Below, piece after piece: positions 57,301 through 64,000 of a stretch of 64,000 nt of DNA. Numbering within the stretch: the stretch's first letter is position 1; each line of letters starts with the position of its first letter. Location: the NCBI RefSeq assembly GCF_964355755.1, contig NC_092674.1:31496001-31560000 (forward strand), read 5' to 3'. Origin of the DNA: Antedon mediterranea. Lineage: Eukaryota; Animalia; Echinodermata. The position numbers and the translations under genes were made by a program. The notes beneath the pieces are model-generated. The model saw nothing but the letters and a program-made list of their open reading frames with translations, ran no database searches and had not been told where the DNA came from.

Positions 57301-59928
57301 CACATGTAATGGGTACACAGGTGGATGGCACACAGGTGGATGGCACACATGTAATGGGTACACAGGTGGATGGCTCTCAAAACAACACATTTGAGTTTAC
57401 TTTGCTTACAAAGAAAACAAGAAGGTGCCTAATGAATAACACATACTGCCATTTCAACTTGTACACATAATATCGAATGTTGTGGGATGCTATGCTTTGA
57501 CATGTAGGAATCTGTTAGTCGACATACTCCAGAAATAGTATCAAATATTATGTTTCTTAAGGGTTGCTTTTTCACTTTTTTTAGTGATTGATTTGGTAAA
57601 AATATATTTCAGATTAATGCATAACTGAAATCATACCATTGTTGTTTCTTTAAATGAGTCCATACTGGAGATAAATACATCGCATGTGACATTAACTGGC
57701 GGCCCTGAAAGAGGTAAAAACACCAAACTAACGTTGTATTCAGTACTGTAAACATATCCATATTGAAATCATAATAATATATACATCAACATTAACTGAC
57801 GGCCATAAATGAATAATAAAATGATTATTATAAAATATGCCTGGTACTCATTTTCAAAATGTGGAACAATAGTAGACAACATGTGCAGTAAAATGATGGG
57901 CCCCAAATGCATAATAATAACAACAACAGCAGTTTAGGGAGTTTGTAAAAAAAGGCCAATATGCTGTATTTATCATAATAGATTCGTACTATGGTAATAA
58001 GCTACGTATTGTATCAGTGTACTGTAATAGATTCATACTATGGTAATAAGCTACGTATTGTATCAGTGTACTGTAATAGATTCATACTATGGTAATAAGC
58101 TATGTATTGTATCAGTGTACTGTAATAGATTCATACTATGGTAATAAGCTATGTATTGATTGTATCAGTGTACTGTAATAGATTCATACTATGGTAATAA
58201 GCTATGTATTGTATCAGTGTACTGTAATAGATTCATACTATGGTAATAAGCTATGTATTGTATCAGTGTACTGTAATAGATTCATACTATGGTAATAAGC
58301 TATGTATTGTATCAGTGTACTGTAATAGATTCATACTATGGTAATAAGCTATGTATTGTATCAGTGTACTGTAATAGATTCATACTATGGTAATAAGCTA
58401 TGTATTGTATCAGTGTACTGTAATAGATTCACACTATGGTAATAAGCTATGTATTGTATCAGTGTACTGTAATAGATTCATACTATGGTAATAAGCAATG
58501 TATTGTATCAGTGTACTGTAATAGATTCATACTATGGTAATAAGCTATGTATTGATTGTATCAGTGTACTGTAATAGATTCATACTATGGTAATAAGCTA
58601 TGTATTGTATCAGTGTACTGTAATAGATTCATACTATGGTAATAAGCTATGTATTGTATCAGTGTACTGTAATAGATTCATACTATGGTAATAAGCTATG
58701 TATTGTATCAGTGTACTGTAATAGATTCATACTATGGTAATAAGCTATGTATTGTATCAGTGTACTGTAATAGATTCATACTATGGTAATAAGCTATGTA
58801 TTGTATCAGTGTACTGTAATAGATTCACACTATGGTAATAAGCTATGTATTGTATCAGTGTACTGTAATAGATTCATACTATGGTAATAAGCTATGTATT
58901 GTATCAGTGTACTGTAATAGATTCATACTATGGTAATAAGCTATGTATTGTATCAGTGTACTGTAATAGATTCATACTATGGTAATAAGCTATGTATTGT
59001 ATCAGTGTACTGTAATAGATTCATACTATGGTAATAAGCTATGTATTGTATCAGTGTACTGTAATTCAACTTTAAAAAAAAACCAACATAAGCAATATCT
59101 GTATCGTAAAACAAATCCTTTAGAAAATCAGTATTGAAGTCAAACAATATTCATCAATAATAATATATAAATGATGGGTTTATAATTTTTTTTAGATTAC
59201 AGGTTAATTATTTTCATTCAAGAAATTTATTGATTTAGTTTGGTTTCCATGGTCCGTTATTAAACACTAGATATACTTTATTTTATGTTGCTTACAATCT
59301 AATATGTATGGATTGCTATTTTACATAGGTCTAATAATTATTTTGTTTAGATTTTACTGTTTCGTTTAAAAGTAAAATATTTAGATAGTAATGTACCGTA
59401 CTGTATAATCTTCATGACAACAACATATTCAATAATAATATTTTGATGACAACAGTATTCATTGATTTTTTTTATATTGCATTGAAATTGAGAATAGTGA
59501 TATAACAATTCCAAACATTTTAGTGTGACAGTGTATTTAAAAAATTAATATAAATTATTACGTTAAAGAATATTACTTTAAATGAATTTTATTTGAAATT
59601 TAAGATTTATTATGATCATAATGTTTCAATTTAATACATTTTCTTACATTAAAATTTGTTATGGTTGTAATGTTGCATTTGCAATAAACATAAACGTCTA
59701 AAGTAATACAAATCTCCATAACTTAGCAAGTTGTACTTATATTCAATTATATACATACTTAATATTAAGTTAAATGTTTTCCCCTGCCGCATACACAGTC
59801 GTTTTTTTTTAAAACGATAACATACAAAATGCCTACCGTCAAAATTCGGTCTCACACGCCCATCGTAGTGTTTGAATATCTTATTCAAGAACCTGCTTTG
59901 CTGTGCACTTGAGTCGTTGCCTTTGATT
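51076..59928 (-). CDS. GLRA: Glycine receptor alpha-like Cys-loop chloride channel subunit (signal-peptide exon(s) not securely placed)
   Basis: Exons 59837-59928, 57637-57704 (68 nt), 55951-56171 (221 nt), 54433-54515 (83 nt), 53610-53744, 51864-52210, 51076-51306 join in frame. Motifs: YDGRVRPNF, Cys-loop [15 protein letters not shown], loop-C cysteine pair [13 protein letters not shown]2 [33 protein letters not shown]4 DRICRFAFP. Confidence 0.92.
51864..52210 (-). CDS. GLRA: GlyR-like exon (M1-M3)
   Basis: [26 protein letters not shown]...[18 protein letters not shown]...AIDVWM...LEFACVSY. Confidence 0.96.
53610..53744 (-). CDS. GLRA: GlyR-like exon (loops B, F, C)
   Basis: [46 protein letters not shown]. 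Confidence 0.94.
54433..54515 (-). CDS. GLRA: GlyR-like 83-nt Cys-loop exon
   Basis: [27 protein letters not shown]. Confidence 0.95.
55951..56171 (-). CDS. GLRA: GlyR-like 221-nt exon (loops D, A, E)
   Basis: [17 protein letters not shown]...[12 protein letters not shown]...NGDILYSVR. Confidence 0.95.
56288..56414. mobile_element. Palindromic MITE family copy 3
   Basis: TTCCCAC..ACGCAAGCGCAAG..GTTGACCAAT...ATTGGTCAAC..GTGGGAA. Confidence 0.55.
57637..57704 (-). CDS. GLRA: GlyR-like 68-nt exon
   Basis: [23 protein letters not shown]. Confidence 0.93.
57976..59065. repeat. Minisatellite, 49-bp unit x22, in a GlyR-like intron
   Basis: TAATAGATTCATACTATGGTAATAAGCTATGTATTGTATCAGTGTACTG. Confidence 0.97.
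59837..59928 (-). CDS. GLRA: GlyR-like exon (N-terminal helix)
   Basis: [31 protein letters not shown]; acceptor ctttcag, donor GTAGGC. Confidence 0.9.
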
Positions 59929-60136
59929 CTGAAAGCAATACAAAGGTTATGAATACATCCGGTACAAATATATATTTTTTTCTAAAATATATAAAAAGAA
60001 TGTTCGGCAATGTAGTTTAATTAAGTAACAAATTTCGGTAATAATTGATGTACCATTTTGATACTATATTAAAAAGAACAATGAGGTAACATGTAATATT
60101 GGCTTGGTTTCCATTAATAAAAGTTCACTGTGATCT

Positions 60137-60844
60137 AACAAGGCCATATAGATGGCTGCAGTCGCGTGCTCATTAGTGTTTACCGACCGACCGACCAACC
60201 TATCAACTGACCGAAATTACTGAACATGTTTAAAAATGTTGAAATGTTTAAAAACAGTTATATTTTTTTCACTTTTGACGTGCTCGTATAACGTAATTTC
60301 GAGTTGAAAAGTAAGTCAAGAAAACAGAAATCGGGCAAAAAGAGTGCGCAATAACATTTAACGTGCAGTGCGCGCGGAAAAATCTGCGCACTCATGGCAA
60401 TTTTGTAAACGCTTAAAATTGCCTGAAACGTACTCTTATTTCATCGAAAATAAATTTTGAAAATTTTAAGCGCGCGTACGCATGCGTTACATGTGCTACG
60501 TACGTAATTGTATTGCCATATGATGATTTATGCCCTGGAATTTATGAGTACCAAATTTTATTTAATTGTGATTCATGGTTGTGAAGATATGATTACAAAC
60601 GTGATTTCGTTAAATCGTGCGTAGACCGCGTAATTTATTATTGCGCACCGTGAAAACATAACCACATCGATTCCTGGCCATAAGGAATATACTGTGAAAA
60701 ATTGACTTAGCTAGATTAAACTGATATCAAGATAAGGTCAGAAAGCGATAAAACGCATAGTGATACCGGACCGACAGACAGACCGACAGACCAACAGACC
60801 GACCGACATAGTGAACTAAAGAGTCGCTTCCACGCGACTAAAAA
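60137..60844 (-). mobile_element. Non-autonomous Helentron / DINE-1-like element (HINE)
   Basis: Read on minus: T-run, hairpin AGTCGC-GTGGAA-GCGACT containing a subterminal IR, then a (GTCG/GTCT)n microsatellite. At the other end are the inverted copy (plus AGTCGCGTG, 60160-60168), the hairpin GCCAT..ATGGC (60143-60156) and a CTTGTT end. Confidence 0.75.
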
Positions 60845-61859
60845 GCAATGTTTTGTGCAGTATATAGTCAGGTTTTTGCCTAAAGAAAGTATACATGTAT
60901 GTTTTTTTTTCTGAAATAAACACACTAGTTGTATCTATAACAGTAATAGACGTTGAATAACAAAAACAAAAATGAAATGATGCATTTCCACAGCAGCAGA
61001 AGAGAGCAGAATTGATCAACATTGGATTTGTACCTACGACTGCATTACACAGCATACCTTACCACAGCTGTATAGTCATAAAACAATTTTTAAACCAATA
61101 TTATTCAAACAAATGGAATGAGTTCAGATGCTACGAAAATTCTAGTGCATCTCAAATTTACACCAGTGGCTCTCTCAAATTCGCAATCAATACAGAACCC
61201 GGTGTCTTCAATAAGGACAGCATTCTGAATACACATACTAACACCGGGCTTATAATATGATAATATCTACTACGTATTGAAGTACCGATGTATTCATAGC
61301 AATGTATGTAATGTAGAATGAGCAATAATTTCATACAACAGGCGCTCTCGTATTTCAGTTCAACTTGTGAGACAGACAAATTATTCATTTAAAGTCTCGT
61401 TCTTCGACGTTTTACGTGTCTTACAAATTAATAAAGTTACTTGCATACCGAAACATTTTGAAAAGTAATTTCACTTTTCTTTGTATAAAAATCTTAAGGA
61501 ACATGATTTTTAATGAATCCAATAGGCCTATATATGGTCTAAAGCTGGTTGATTGGAAACATACAATTATTTCTCTTTTCAACATTTTTTTTTAATTTGA
61601 CTGCTACATCTGTGGCAGGAATCAATAAAATTCTTAGCCAATTATACATTTTATTAAAATGTCAGTTTTAAACTTGTTAATGCTTATTATAATAAGACCT
61701 ATTTAACTATATATAGTTTAAATATTATTGAGATGTAAAGAAGCCTGATACACAAGAGGGCAATAAATGTCTGCGTTATTATTCTTTTAGAATATAAATT
61801 GGATTGAATGGAATAAATTGCGAATTGTTGAGCGTAACGAGTTAAGCGTGTACATTTAC

Positions 61860-61897
61860 GTGGTCACTGAAAGGCCTAGTTGCAAGTCTACTTCGAC
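61860..61897 (-). other. Candidate upstream exon of the GlyR-like gene (38 nt, phase 0 to 2)
   Basis: Strong acceptor ttttcttctcag and donor AC|GTAAAT; VEVDLQLGLSVT joins in frame to 59928. A further strong donor (ATG|GTAAGT) ends a candidate exon at 63965-64000. Confidence 0.35.
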
Positions 61898-62160
61898 CTG
61901 AGAAGAAAAACAGTTATAGTCAACTAGAAAATCCTAGTTTTCATTGTTGTGTCCATACAATTTCACACCAAGTTTAGGTTGTTTTCTAACCGGAGTTGGT
62001 AATGCGAATGATGGATTGATAACTTCATTAATTACTAATTGATATTTGCATATCTATGGTTACATATTAGTGGTGATTAGTTGGTTGGTTTTAAATAACA
62101 TAAAATTTAATAAATTGGTGAATTTCTTTTGATTGTTGATTTTGCGTTACAATGATCAAC

Positions 62161-62736
62161 AAAACTATCGTATTCAAGTAGTGACATTGCCAAGAAGCGC
62201 GGTAAAAACTACCATATTCAAGTAGTGACATTGCCAAGAAGCGCGGTAAAATCTATCGTATTCAAGTAGTAGTGACATTGCCAAGAAGCGCGGTAAAAAC
62301 TACCGTATTCAAGTAGTGAAATTGCCAAGAAGCGCGGTAAAAACTACCGTAATCAAGTAGTGACATTGCCAAGAAGCGCGGTAAAAACTACCGTATTCAA
62401 GTAGTGACATTGCCAAGAAGCGCGGTAAAAACTACCGTATTCAAGTAGTGACATTGCCAAGAAGCGCGGTAAAAACTACCGTATTCAAGTAGTGACATTG
62501 CCAAGAAGCGCGGTAAAAACTACCGTATTCAAGTAGTAACATTGCCAAGAAGCGCGGTAAAAACTACCGTATTCAAGTAGTGACATTGCCAAGAAGCGCG
62601 GTAAAAACTACCGTATTCAAGTAGTGACATTGCCAAGAAGCGCGGTAAAAACTACCGTATTCAAGTAGTGACATTGCCAAGAAGCGCGGTAAAAACTACC
62701 GTATTCAAGTAGTGACATTGCCAAGAAGCGCGGTAA
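62161..62736. repeat. Minisatellite, 44-bp unit x13
   Basis: AAAACTACCGTATTCAAGTAGTGACATTGCCAAGAAGCGCGGTA. Confidence 0.97.
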
Positions 62737-64000
62737 CCAGTTTGTTGCTTTACAGCCACAGCTTGGGGAGCACTGCAACCGAATCGGTTTTTGTTATTAG
62801 TAAAACTTTATACATTTTAATGACTAGTTTATAATCCAAGCACGTGACTTCTAAGACAAATTTACAAAATAGTCAAGTTTGAATTGCGTTTGTGAATTCG
62901 GTTTATTGTTATGATAACACATTGCATCCCAATAGAATACTAGTTAGTTGTTTTAATAAACTTTGTCAGTTATATTACTAGACACTCTAATGCAAGTAGA
63001 ATGGCGTGTGTGAAAATGTTTCAAAGACTTAAATAAATGACAGTGGTATTATGTATAAGATTTAGTACAATGATATTAGTCACCTGATGCTATACTATTA
63101 ATATCCACCACACGTTCATTTCACGTGACCTCCTTAACTACAAATCCGCAATACTCTGTGCGTCTGTGATTGCTTTAGAACTTTAAGGTTTTCTTAATAA
63201 TACCGATATCGAGGTCTCCATTGGGTAAAGAATTCAAACATAATAACTTCATAATATCTATATTAGTTTTTAAAATGGACATAAAAAAAACACACACAAA
63301 AAAAACCAACTTATTGATTATTGAAAAAAATTATGCAGTTGATATTATCATTCATTGCAATAGTATAACAATCTACACCACAGATAATTTAACTGCTATT
63401 CCACTATTTTACAATCTATAAGCTCATCTCTATTTTTACGTTTTATTAAGTAATTTCCATTTCAGTGATATTTTATCTTGTATAGGCCCCTACTGTTATT
63501 TAAATTGATTTTGACCAAATAAAAAAAAACAATACAAACAAAAAACGCCTATGACAGATTTTGCATTTTCTCTAACTGAAACGTATAGTTTCCACAGAGG
63601 CCTCTCTTTCTTATTAAAAAGTTTGCACAACATATATGTTGTAAAACTGTTCCTATTCTATTGGATGAATACGAATTTCAACTGAAATATACTGTATGTA
63701 ATAGATGAAATATCTGAAATACCACAATTTCCACCGATACAATTAATGTTTAGTGTAATTTACACTGTTAGATAATAACATGTAATTTCCTATGATGTAC
63801 CATCTATGATATACATCATCATATATCATGTATTACACTTTTTTTTAAACATTAAATCTGCATTTGATATTTTGATATTAATGGCATTTATTTATGTTTA
63901 TACAATCATCGTTTTGGTATTAGGTTACCTTTTATTGTAAGTAATGATCAACTAGCTACTTACCATACTCAATAAATTCAAAATACACCTTAAAAGCACC

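Noticed and set aside
61449-61504. MFLKIFIQRKVKLLFKMFR as GlyR-like exon 1 (phase-2 donor CG|GTATGC)
   Set aside because: The phase fits but there is no hydrophobic signal-peptide core; cannot be preferred over the 61860-61897 / 63965-64000 candidates

Overview
AT-rich, intron-rich animal genomic DNA. It is probably an invertebrate deuterostome such as an echinoderm; that is an inference from gene types, exon phases and repeats. By reading splice sites by hand I reconstructed three ligand-gated ion channel genes lying in tandem on the minus strand. (1) A glycine-receptor-alpha-like Cys-loop anion channel (51076-59928; signal-peptide exon not securely located). (2) A complete 17-coding-exon AMPA-type ionotropic glutamate receptor (24926-40079, about 924 aa, ending in a QTEV PDZ ligand). 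(3) The first three exons of a GABA/RDL-like Cys-loop subunit (1347-8764), which runs off the left edge and is mostly missed by the ORF track. Non-coding DNA holds about 10 minisatellites, including a 4.2 kb 33/34-bp array with a ~2.1 kb higher-order duplication. It also holds two CR1-group LINE fragments, a 5S-rRNA-headed SINE-like element, a Helentron/DINE-1-like element and palindromic MITEs. The most unusual structure is a ~2.1 kb inverted-repeat-bounded segment (45502-47622). It carries two back-to-back tRNA-like Pol III units sharing a symmetric TATA/CRE-like spacer, and one unit has a long, highly structured 3' extension. Most ORFs in the supplied track are repeat or antisense artefacts.
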